Assembly (NCBI RefSeq): GCF_964204645.1
Contig: NC_134032.1
Coordinates: forward strand, 15,922,275-15,986,274
Reading direction: 5' to 3'
Source of the DNA: Tubulanus polymorphus
Taxonomy: Eukaryota > Animalia > Nemertea
Length of the DNA stretch: 64,000 nucleotides
Shown here: one piece after another, positions 25,601-36,437 of the stretch
Layout: every line of letters begins with the position of its first letter
How positions within the stretch are numbered: position 1 is the stretch's first letter
Notes under the pieces: generated by a model
What the model was told of the DNA's origin: nothing
Seen by the model: the letters and a program-made list of their open reading frames with translations, nothing else
Databases searched by the model: none
Program-made: the position numbers and the translations under genes

Positions 25601-28600
25601 AGGATGGTTCTATAAATAGACTCGGTTTACTCGCTGTTGGATGTCATGAAGGTCACATTAATATCTACAGGTAACTATTCGGGTTTTCTGTTACCGATTG
25701 ACTGACTGGGGGGATTCCCCAGACAACTGCGTGCCTTACTCTACTCGCATTTCCAATAAATGACTTTTGCTGAGAGTTGTCTCATGAAAACAGATTTTGC
25801 ACAAAGATAAAATTAGTTGTTCAGTGGCAGCTAAAACATCCACTGACATCTAGGGATAGAGAATCAACTGGCCCGACTAGAATTCCTCGGAGCCAGCAGC
25901 CAGCAGCCAAATCACTGATTTATGTCGATGTATTTGTAGCATTCCTCATCTGTCGTCTGTTGAGTCTGAATCTGATCTGTCCATTCATCACGTTACACCG
26001 AAACTGAAACTCACGCACTGGCAAAAACAAAAACAGGGTAAGACAACAATTAAACTGTCACATGATATCTCGACCTAGTAACGGCTTTATCACAATTCAT
26101 AAAAAAAACTGAATTATTCATTTCACAGGTGGTGCTAGTTGCACGTGTTTAGATTGGTCGCGTAGCAACGGTCATAAAACCATCGCCGCCGGTTACAACA
26201 ACGGAGTCGTCTGCACGTGGGATTTAACGTCGAGATCGCCGTTGCTAACGACGACCGATCCGGAGTTGACGATGTATCCTCATCGCGCGTTCCAGGCTCA
26301 TCTGCTCGCCGTGGAGAAACTGTCGTTCTGTTTACAGCAGGACTCTCATTTCGCGACGTGTTCCGGTGATCATTTCATACGAGTCTGGGACATGAATAAC
26401 GTTACCACGGCGATGGAAGCTACGAGAATGACGTATCAATCGGATATTAAATGGTGCGGTAACGGCAGTTCGTACATAGCAACCACTAATCAGGATTGTT
26501 ACAGGTACGTGTTACCAGTACCAGTTATTCCACTAGATGGCGTGCTGCCCCATCAATAACTAACTATTCCATTCTGACAACTAATCACGGCAACATTCCT
26601 AAAAATGTAATTGAGTTATTTAGAATAGAACGATGATTTATACTTAACATTAATGAGTTACGAGTGAAAGTGAAAGATTGTCGTTGATTACAGATTTCAC
26701 AGAGATAATTCTATTTGATGTATTTATTACAGTTACAATAACGATAGGCTGATTGTATTTGATGTATTTATTACAGTTACAGACAGTAATGATAGGCTGA
26801 TTGTATTTGATGTATCTATTACAGTTACGGTTCGACTTGTTTGTCGTTATCGACAGTAGGAGACGAGTCTCTAGTGAGCGCTAATCGTAGACGTGTCACC
26901 AGTCATAAAGCATCCATATGGGTACGTACATTACCTCCGTTACCTCCGTTACCTCTATCCTTTAAATCTCATCCGTTACCTCTATCCTTTAAATCTCATC
27001 CGTTACCTCCGTTACCTCTATCCTTTAAATCTCATCTGTTACCTCCGTTACCTCCGTTACCTCTATCCTTTATATCTCGTACGTTACCTCCGTTACCTCT
27101 ATCCTTTAAATCTCATCTGTTACCTCTATCCTTTAAATCTCATCCGTTACCTCCGTTACCTCTATCCTTTAAATCTCGTACGTTACCTCCGTTACCTCTA
27201 TCCTTTAAATCTCATCCGTTACCTCTATCCTTTAAATCTCATCCGTTACCTCCGTTACCTCTATCCTTTAAATCTCATCCGTTACCTCTGTTACCTCTAT
27301 CCTTTAAATCTCATCCGTTACCTCCGTTACCTCTATCCTTTATATCTCATCCGTTACCTCCGTTACCTCTATCCTTTATATCTCATCCGTTACCTCCGTT
27401 ACCTCTATCCTTTAAATCTCATCCGTTACCTCCGTTACCTCTATCCTTTAAATCTCATCCGTTACCTCTGTTACCTCTATCCTTTATATCTCATCCGTTA
27501 CCTCCGTTACCTCTATCCTTTATATCTCATCCGTTACCTCCGTTACCTCTATCCTTTATATCTCATCCGTTACCTCCGTTACCTCTATCCTTTATATCTC
27601 ATCCGTTACCTCCGTTACCTCTATCCTTTAAATCTCATCCGTTACCTCCGTTACCTCTATCCTTTATATCTCATCCGTTACCTCCGTTACCTCTATCCTT
27701 TATATCTCATCCGTTACCTCCGTTACCTCTATCCTTTAAATCTCATCCGTTACCTCCGTTACCTCTATCCTTTATATCTCATCCGTTACCTCCGTTACCT
27801 CTATCCTTATTAAATCTCTTCCTCATTTTGTATTGTCAGTGTCAAAGTTATTCCTCGGTTAACGATAACTTTTTGTTTCGATGAAGAAAAAAGACCAAAA
27901 GACGTGTAACCGTAGTAACGTGTATTTATTGTATTTCTAACAGTGTTTGTCTCAATCTGATTGGTTGAATATGGGAGTAAGCGGCGATACGGTCGGTGAA
28001 GTGATCGGACGATCTCTCGTTATTCCGTCGAGTTGGGAGAAAATGATGCCTCGAATTCGTTACGTGAGTTCTTACTTTTAAATTTGAAAATTCAACTCCC
28101 TCGATTGTTGATCCGCGTTTAACCGCTGAAAGATTTCTGGATGGGTTTTCGCTGCGTGTTTCGGACGTATGACCTTGGCCCTAGAAAAAGTAAAAAAAAA
28201 AACTAGCTTAGGAAATCTGAGTAGCCACTAGAAAAATCTAGAAAATATTGAGAATTTGAGAAATTTTTGTAAAAATTTGGAAAACTCATGGAATTCATTG
28301 CTTTGATGCGTGAAATGAAAGAAACGTTAAACAGGTTTAACCCTTTCAGTGCTGACTAATTAATACCCTATAGTGCTGGGCCCAGTTTCACGAAGAAGTT
28401 TAAGCCTTAAACGGTTAAGTTTGAATTGTTGTCCTCATTGAAAACATAGATAATTTGAAAATTTTTAGAAATTCCACCGTAGTTTGTTGAATAACGGGAA
28501 TACCATTATAATGCGTCTACACTGCGGCGCGGTGTATCGTTAGTTACTAGTATTTCACTATGTTTGACAGGTGCTGCCATCTTTCAATAGAGATAAAAAC

Positions 28601-29316
28601 TAATTACCAATTACATCAATACACCACAATGCGGTGTACTAGCGAAATCTATCACTGATTTATACACCGCACTGCGGTGTAGACGCACTGAAAGGGTTAA
28701 AGAGTTCGATTAAAAAGTCGGATTATTGATTATATTCCAGTGGATCGTCCGGTTTTTAGTGGAGCAGAAAAATGCCGCTCCGAACGACATCTTCGAAATG
28801 ATCAAACCGAAGGAAGGCGGTCCGGTTGGGGGAGGTAAGAAATCAGGTCGCGGACGTCCGGCTAAACCGGTACGCCCGCGTGGACGTCCGCCGAAACGTC
28901 GTCGAGGCGGAGGGACATCCGGTGGCGGCGGTGGGAGTGCTCCGACAGAGCAGCCCGACGAACACGAAGCGAAAAACGAAGTCGAACTGGAAATGATTCG
29001 TCAACGACAACTGAAAAACGTCGGTATTTTGATGGACGAGATTTTACACTTTTCGAACCGCGATAGATTGGACGATATAATCGCCGAGATGGAGGAACGT
29101 GAGGATATGAAACATCGTCAGAGGCTGGCCGCCGCGAAACTACGAGACGTTCTCATTGACTTTCACGATCTACAGGAACAACGCATGAAACAACGATCGG
29201 AGATAGCAGGCACTGGCGAGCGAGTAGTAGCGCCGGCAGGTGGCGCCGGCGGTGACACATTCGCCAAGAATATGAACGATCTACTTACGACTAAACAACA
29301 ATTCCTGACTCAGCAT

Positions 29317-29349
<33 letters not shown>

Positions 29350-32300
29350 CACGACGCCCATGACAACGGCTCGATCGATGACATCATAGACAGTGTTGTA
29401 TTTCAGTCGTCGGAGGGAAATTTAGACACGAGTTTCATCGAATCGTTCATGAACGACGAACTCTCTGAGCTACCGGCGCCACCTACACTACCCGCTACCG
29501 TTAACAACGCTCCCGTCGCCGTGGTTATAGACAACAATAATCACGAGAATAAACCGGTAGTCAAGGAAACGGCGGTAGCGTTAACGCAGGAAGTCGTAGC
29601 GCGACACGATTTAAACAGGTATCACCCGCACGCCGTAACCGTGGTAACCAGTACCGTTAACACGCGACCGTCGTCGGCTCCGAGTCTCATGCTAGCTCGT
29701 TACATCGACACGCAGAACACGGCGCCATCTATACCGGTCTCGGTTACTGACGAGAAAACGTTACGTAAAACAACTCAGCAGCAGCAGCCCGATAACGGAC
29801 TGGTTAAACGACCAGCGCAGAACAAGCGGCGCCACCACGAGGCGGAATTCAGCGATAACGAGACGACGAAGTCGAGTCGTCGGAGTTCGTTAAACGCGAT
29901 CCTCACCGAGGTGATGGATCAAACCGATCACGAGTGTTCCAAGTTCGAGGGTTACGAATCGTCGAAACTCTATCTGGACGAGATGATCGAAACGGCGCTT
30001 CATTCGTCGCGACGTCGTGTCAACTCGGAGCGCGACGTCGTACGCGAACGTGTCAACGTGTCGACGATGAGCGACGCCGAACTGTCGTCGTTAACCCGTG
30101 ATTTAACGCGTCACCTCGACGACGATACGATCAATCAGGTCGTCAAGTGGAACGTCGATCAGATATTCCGTAAATGCGGTTACGATCGGAGGCCGAAACG
30201 ACTGAGACAACGCAACAATAACTCGAATCTACGAGCTAATGTTCGCATGAAGAATTCACTCATCAAAAAAAGTCTAAGGTTTTTCCGTGAAGTGACAACG
30301 CACCAGCAGCACCAGCAGCGTCAGACAGTTGAGCACCAGAAGCAGCAACAGCGACAGACAGACGCGCAGTTGACACAACTCCAGCAGCAGCAGATGAAAA
30401 AACAAAAAACAACAATCAATAACGTCAAAACAGACCAGCAGACTGTCGTCATGACGACTAATTGTTATTCGAACGACGGCGTAATTTTATACGGAGACTC
30501 ATCAGCGCCATCTATTATGAAGAATAGTCCGACATCGCGTAAATGTGAGAGTTCAAATGAAATTGAAAAGGCTGTTGAGATGAGCGAGAAAGAGGGGACA
30601 CCACAGCTGGAGCAGTCCTCACAGATGGAGCAGTCCTCACAACTGGAGCAGTCCTCACCGATGGTTAACGGAGGTCAAACATCTCCGCTGGATTTATCCG
30701 TACTCCACGTCGAAAATAACACCGACCAAACAGTGGATATCACTAAAACACAGTACGCCGCGCTGGATGGAACGGTGGATATCACTAAAACACCTTACGC
30801 CGCGCTAGATGGAACGGTGGATATCACTAAAACACCTTACGCTACGCTCGTCGCGCATTTAACGTCCGGAGTTGATTTAGATTCGGTCGCTACGGATGGG
30901 AAATTACCGAACAACGTCGTCATGGCTACGCAACAGAAGAACGACGATACGTTGTGTTTGATGAAGAAAGAAGACGATTGCGGATTAGATTTATACGAGA
31001 TTAAACCGTTATCGGCGTCATGTGACCCGGTTCAACGCGACTTACTACCGAATCTAAACGTACTGGCAGCAGTCGCCACGGGAACGGCTGTATCCAACGC
31101 AACAATGAACGTTATACCCGGTTATAACGTGGTGGCGCTACCGTCGACTCCGGTCGTCGGGGCGATAACGATCAGTAGTGTTGAGACTAATAACTCGACG
31201 ACCGCGGCGACGTATACGATATCAGCTCTTCCGAATACGGGTTCGTCGGTTACCGGGGGTGATAGCGGTATTCCAAAACGACCTCAAACTATCGAAATAA
31301 TACCCTCCGCGCAATCTCAATATCACGTTCAAAATATCGCCAAACAGGAGCAGTTTGATTTATTGAAATCGGAGGAACGCTTACCTTCACTGCCTCCGCT
31401 CCAGAAAGTGGTTAGTACTCCGGAGTACGAGATGTACGGTACCCACCCTGCGGAGGTAGTTACTCCAGCGCTCCAGAGTACTCCGGAATATGAAGTATAT
31501 GGTACTCACGCTGTTCCTCCAGCGCTCCAGAAAGCCAGTACTCCAGAGTATGAAGTATATGGTACTCACGCTGTTCCTCCAGCGCTCCAGAAAGCCAGTA
31601 CTCCGGAGTATGAAGTATATAGTACTCAGGCTGTTCCTCCAGCGCTCCAGAAAGCCAGTACTCCGGAATATGAAGTTTATGGTACTCAGGCTGCACCTCC
31701 AGCGCTCCAGAAAGCCAGTACTCCGGAGTATGAAGTTTTCGGCACTCACGCTCCGAGACTCATTGAACTGCAGCCCGGAATGAAACCTACTGCGGCAAGT
31801 TATGTACTACACGACATGTCGACATTAAACAGTCTTTCGTCGGAACTATCGTCAGTCGCTAGTACGCCTATAGATGGCAGCAGTAGTACAACGGCTTCCG
31901 ATACGTTATTATTCAACAACGACGTATCCGCGGTAACGAATAACGAGTATATGTCGTCGTTAGGTTCGTATTTAACGGATGTAATTCAAGTGACGATGAA
32001 ACAGAAAGAAACGATCGATAATTTAACGGCACGAACGACGAACGCGTTCGATAATCACATGCCTGAATACATGGAACTGTGTCGCCGTAACGACGAATTA
32101 AATTCGACGTTCGAGGACGATAAACACGTTCCGGAAATCCCGTCGTCGTCGTCGTCGAGGGCGACAAAGTGGATGAATTTCGACGGAGTAGTTTCGGACG
32201 TCGTTGCGGCGGCCGTCGCTCGTAACGACGAGAAAATATTCGAGAGAGTTTTACGCAAACGATGGCATCGTGAAAACTGGATGAAATATAACCGTAAAAC

Positions 32301-35300
32301 CGGACTGGAACCGGTCGCAGTCGGACCCGACTCGCGACCGGTCGGACCAGTCGGCGGACCGGAGTCGGCGAGTTGCGAGTCTTGTCGCGCGGTCGAAGCT
32401 GCGAGGCACTACGATAAACTAGCGTGGGACACGGTTTATCTCGTCAAGTGCGAAAACCGTTCTAAAACTATCGAGGATATACCGAGCGGAGTTCGATATT
32501 TCGCGCGTCGATTGAAACGCTCGAAATCGGTCGAGAATATCCACATGCGTTGGGTCGGTATGACCGATAAATGTTCGCGGTGTCAGAACGGCGGAAAACC
32601 GGTCGCCGTCGTCACGCGTCCCGACAACGCATCGCAATTAAAACCGTGGTCGACGCTCGATCACGTGTTAAACAGCGTCGTCTGTAACCCGGAGAAAGCT
32701 ATCAAAAATCTACCGGAGAATCGCGTAAAGCGCCACCTGGAGGCGGTTCTACAACGCGTTATAAAGGACGATAGTTTAACGGTGAATATGGCGGAGATTA
32801 ATCGCGATCTCAAAGGTGATCCGTTAATGATTGAATTCCACCGCGAACGTCGTCTTAAACGTAAACTGCGTAAACAAAAACAGACAGTAAAACGACTTCA
32901 ACAACAACAATCGGTCGTTACCGCGCCAACGGCGACCGCTCAACGACGATACCCGACGCAGGATTACGACGTGTTTATGAATTCGGCGTGCGTCGCCACG
33001 ACGACCGAGCACGGTTTCCGTCTGCCGAGCGTCGCCGAATTATTGCAACCGATGGCGACGATTCAATCACAAAACAATCAGGGTTCGTTACCCCCGATAT
33101 CGGCGCTGAGGAGTTCGTTAGAGAGTTCACCGGACCACCAGGGGGCGCTACCTCCGCCGGTCGTGTATTCACCCGGTTACTACGGTAACTGGTACGGATA
33201 TGATCACTCGCCGCATTCGGCTCTTCTCTCGCCGTCCGACCTCGTGACCTCGACCTCTGCTCCGTTACCGACTACCGTTCTCGATATGACGGACGTCGTC
33301 ACGGCGCCAACGCAACAATCCGAGCAGACGGATTTAACGTTGAAACGTAAACGATCGCCGAACGAAGAATTGGCTCCGATATCGGACGTGATGAGAAACT
33401 GTTACAGCGTTCCGTCTGTCGATCAGATCGTCATCGGTGACAATAAAACACGCCACAACAATAACAACAACAACATGGCCGCCGCCGCCGGGGTTCGTGG
33501 GAAAATTCCATCAACAGTGCCATCTGTGTCTACACAACACATTAATTATACCCCGGAGCCAGCAGCAGCAGCAGCAGCAGCAGCGGTAAACGTGAACCAG
33601 GAATACACGGATTATCCCGTTACCACGACAACTGGAGGAGGATATTCGAGTGTTGCCACGACGACCGGAGGTGGTTATTCTAGCGTTGATCACGTGTTAG
33701 GTAACGATAGCTGGACTCAGAGCGCGATCGCGGCCATCGCGGAATCTCAATCTAATCTGCATTTACTCGCTGAATTAATGGACATGCATCATCAACACGA
33801 GTTAAAACAACAGCAACGTCAGGAGACAGCAGCAGCTGCAGCTGCAGCAGCAGCAGGTGCAATCCATCAAAACAGCAGCAGCAGCAGCAACAATCACCAA
33901 CAATCACTCTCCACGCCAAACCAGTTCAACTCGGCTACAGTCACAGTGCTGCCATCTATTGATCAAATACAGCAATCTGTTATTCCAGTTGCACCAGCTA
34001 CCACTGCACCAGCTACGTCTGCACCAGCTATGAGTGCACCAGCTGCACCAGTGAGTCATAGAGCCACGAATAAAACCATGCCGCCTAAAGGTAACAAGGG
34101 TAAGGTCAAGGTCGTTGCGAAAAAACGCGCCCCGCGTAATTCTTCATCCGTAACCGCGACGACGAAAGGAAAATCGAGTAAAAAGACGATGGCGAGCTCT
34201 ACGGGTGTTGCCGTGACGACAACGCCGAATAATACCATTCAAACGAATCTCGGCGCGATCGTTTGTCCAGACGCGCCAGTAGAGGGCGCCACCGCTGTCG
34301 ATAACGGAGATATACAAGTTTTATGTTTGGAAGAATGCGGGGAAGAGAATTACGCGACGCTCGTATCGATAGACGAGGAGTTCAATGAGACGGAGAATCG
34401 AGTTCGTGTAGATATACCGATTCAACAATCAGCGCCATCTACGTCTAAACAATCAACAGCAGTTTACACAAGTAACGCGGATCTGGAGAAAGTATTCGCT
34501 GATGTTCGTAACGATTGTTTGAAATGGGCGGAAGAACGAGATCGTGTTAATTCGGTACAAACTGCGTCTGCCGAGAACATCGGTACCGTCGTCGAACAAC
34601 AGGTGGCAGCACCTGATGGTGAAGAGGTGGACGACGAGGAGGAGGAGGATATGAAACCGCTGTACGATAGCGATGATGAAATAGTTTGTCACGGATTGTT
34701 GGAATATCATCGAAAAATCATCGATTTATCTCAAACTGACGACGATGCAGAGAATGTTGTCAAGGTCGATGTGGAGAATGTCATCAAGGTCGATGCGGAG
34801 AACGTCAGCAAGTTCGATGCGAAGAATGTCAGCAAGGTCGATGCGGAGAAAGTCAGCAAGGTCGATGCGAAGAACGTCAGCAAGGTCGACGTGGAGAAAG
34901 TCAGCAAGGTCGACGCGGAGAATATCAGCAAGGTCGACGCAGAAAATGTTGTCAAGGTCAATGCGGAGAATGACGTGAAATCCCAGTCCCTGAAGACAAC
35001 CTTGACGGTTCAGCCAAAGGTCATCGCTATGGAGATCGATGGTAACAATAGTAAACCGAATCCTGGTGATGGTGGTGATGCCGATGGTGAACAAAATAAT
35101 GGTGGTTGTGGTGGTGGTGATGGCGATGCGCCATCTGGTGGCATTCAGGAATCAACGCCGCCTGGTGGTAGCGATGGTAAACAACCAGCAGACGATGGAA
35201 AAACTGATGAAAAGACGAATTCAGAATTAAACGATGAGTTCAACATGGTGTTACAGGAATTTGATTTGGTAAGTTTTCAATCCTGCTGCCTCCTCTCACT

Positions 35301-36437
35301 GCCTACCTCTCTCTCACTGCCTCCCTCTCCCCCTCACTCTCTCCCTCTCCCTCTCCCTCCCTCTCTCCATCTCCCTCTCCCTCACTCCCTCTCCTTTCCT
35401 CATTCTCTCCCTTCTCTCCCTCTCCCTCACTCCCTCTCTCCCTCACTCCCTCTCCTTTCCTCATTCTCTCTCTCCCCTCTCTCCCTCTCCTTTCCTCATT
35501 CTCTCTCTCCCCTCTCTCCATCTCCCTCTCCCTCACTCCCTCTCCTTTCCTCACTCCCTCTCCCCCTCACTCTCTCCCTCTCCCCCTCACTCTCCCTCCC
35601 TCTCTCCATCTCCCTCTCCCTCACTCCCTCTCCTTTCCTCATTCTCTCTCTCCCCTCTCTCCATCTCCCTCTCCCTCACTCCCTCTCCTTTCCTCATTCT
35701 CTCTCTCCCTCACTCTCTCACACTGTATTTCAATGTTGCCAGTAATAGACAGTAATGTTGATATGTTTGTAGAAGGATATAGTTTCTGATTCGAGATTGA
35801 GTATGATGTCAGATCTACGCAGTTCACAGGTTGACCACACTCCGATTACTTCAGTTACACAGGTACGACGTCAGTTAAACAGTTCCAAACTTCTGTCCAA
35901 ACCCGCACTGTAGATTTGTAGAAAGAGTTTATTTTCTAACAGTTTCTGAACAGGCTCTGAAGATGAGGTTTAGAATTAACCTAGAAAGAAATTAAACCTA
36001 GTTAGAATTAACCAAGTTAGAAAATAAACTTCAATTTCTACAAATCTACTGCGGGTTTTACTTTCTATACTGATATTTATATCAGTTCACGACAGTCAGT
36101 TTCAAACGTCAGTTCATCGAAAGATTTATTCAGAATTCAGAATTTTCAGTTTTAAACTATAAATTATTTTAAACTATAAATTATTAATTCAGTCGGTTCG
36201 ATGTATTCATTAATTGTTGCGTGTTGCTATCGGCGACGCATCGCCCTCATGAATTAAACGACGACGATTGTTGTTTTGTAGTTATGTTGGAATCCGAACT
36301 ACAGCTCGTACACGTGGTTACTAGTGACCAGTCACTCGGGTATCGCTACGATACACTGTCTGTCGGGACTCGCGGCAACAATCGACGAGCGCAACGCTAC
36401 GACAACAGACGGCGCCGCTGCATCAACTACGACGTGA
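10616..36437 (+). CDS. GTF3C2: Fused ZNF512/ZNF512B-like zinc-finger + TFIIIC subunit 2 (GTF3C2/TFIIIC110-like) WD40 protein, ~31 coding exons, ~4,400 aa
   Basis: Phase-compatible GT-AG exon chain from ATG 10616 to TGA 36437. Finger region 13537-23897 (e.g. WKIQLKTNGSAKCPLC..HYNHC..YTCKLC..LKFHFMSVH; GRLLCPRC..YKYHVEWCG; FRCKKCKKETTSELGMRYHVTTNH). WD region: YLPVAKFSPQF, FFVGGPVWASDWCPTP, IWTLKWCPSGCW, RLGLLAVGC, HKASIWCLSQSDWLNMGVSGDTVGEV. Last exon 36282-36437 reads LCWNPNYSSYTWLLVTSHSGIATIH. Confidence 0.85.
11466..11733 (+). repeat. Coding 33-bp repeat (PAVSSVPGSTR x8)
   Basis: In frame within exon 10866-12544. Confidence 0.9.
12961..13411. repeat. 56-bp intronic tandem repeat, ~8 copies
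   Basis: acagaaatatgaaagat(t/g)tta(t/c)tgagggtcttactgttgattactgattaatttga. Confidence 0.93.
15456..15898. mobile_element. hAT-like MITE
   Basis: Termini cagggtttccagcgg / ccactggaaaccctg. Flanks acctaat / gcctaat resemble an imperfect TSD. Confidence 0.55.
16895..19500. repeat. Three separate intronic simple repeats: 21-bp tacagccccacactg.. (16895-17180), CT-rich (18170-18640), TCTG-rich (19010-19500)
   Basis: Direct inspection. Each starts just after a splice donor. Confidence 0.9.
20325..20735. repeat. 53-57-bp tandem repeat containing ctagggttagggttt, ~7 copies
   Basis: gtgacctagggttagggtttgattggctggctagagtcatgatgtcactggtggtca. Confidence 0.92.
21970..23783 (+). repeat. 95-bp tandem array (19 acceptor copies) made of an intron 3' end plus the first 45 nt of a coding exon
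   Basis: Unit ..gttgtttgtttacag|GGCTGTGGTAAGACACAGATAAGCGTACAGGCCGCTATCTATCAC-tccccc.. First exon-start copy is at 22025. Only the last copy (23739) continues into the coding exon. Confidence 0.95.
26922..27810. repeat. 36-bp intronic minisatellite starting at the splice donor
   Basis: ccgttacctccgttacctctatccttta(a/t)atctcat. Generates the spurious ORFs 26841-27884 and 26893-27813. Confidence 0.95.
28337..28700. mobile_element. piggyBac-like MITE (TTAA-flanked, CCC/GGG ends) carrying a nested fragment of the GGGCCC MITE family; truncated sister copy at ~4842-5110
   Basis: ttaa-ccctttcagtgc ... gcactgaaaggg-ttaa. Internal sequence is nearly identical to 4842-5110. The extra piece 28378-28447 matches the end of the 62294-62423 family. 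Confidence 0.75.
28741..35268 (+). other. Single giant coding exon (6,528 nt, 2,176 codons, phase 0-0), low-complexity/disordered, with N-terminal AT-hooks
   Basis: ttccag|TGG acceptor at 28741 and TTG|gtaagt donor at 35268, with a stop-free frame (ORF 28726-35745). Contains GRGRP/RGRPPKR, polyQ, polyA and internal 20-aa and 8-aa repeats. Confidence 0.85.
35898..36058 (+). mobile_element. Second Penelope-like remnant with a degenerate hammerhead core (35957-35988), in the last intron of the GTF3C2-like gene
   Basis: Inverted arms aaacccgcactgtagatttgtagaaa..ttattttctaac / gttagaaaataaa..tttctacaaatctactgcgggttt flank CTGAAGA-T-GAGGTT..AACCT-AGAAA. Confidence 0.4.

Noticed and set aside
26922-27884. 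347-aa and 306-aa repetitive ORFs
   Set aside because: A stop-free 36-bp minisatellite after a clear donor (TGG|gtacgt). WD homology resumes at 27944.
35269-35745. C-terminal SLSP-rich tail of the 2339-aa ORF
   Set aside because: CT-rich intron after donor gtaagt at 35269. The real C-terminus is in exons 35773-35862 and 36282-36437.
28726-35745. Giant ORF as a retrotransposon or viral polyprotein
   Set aside because: No RT, integrase, protease or transposase motifs are recognisable. It has canonical splice sites in phase with the flanking GTF3C2 exons.
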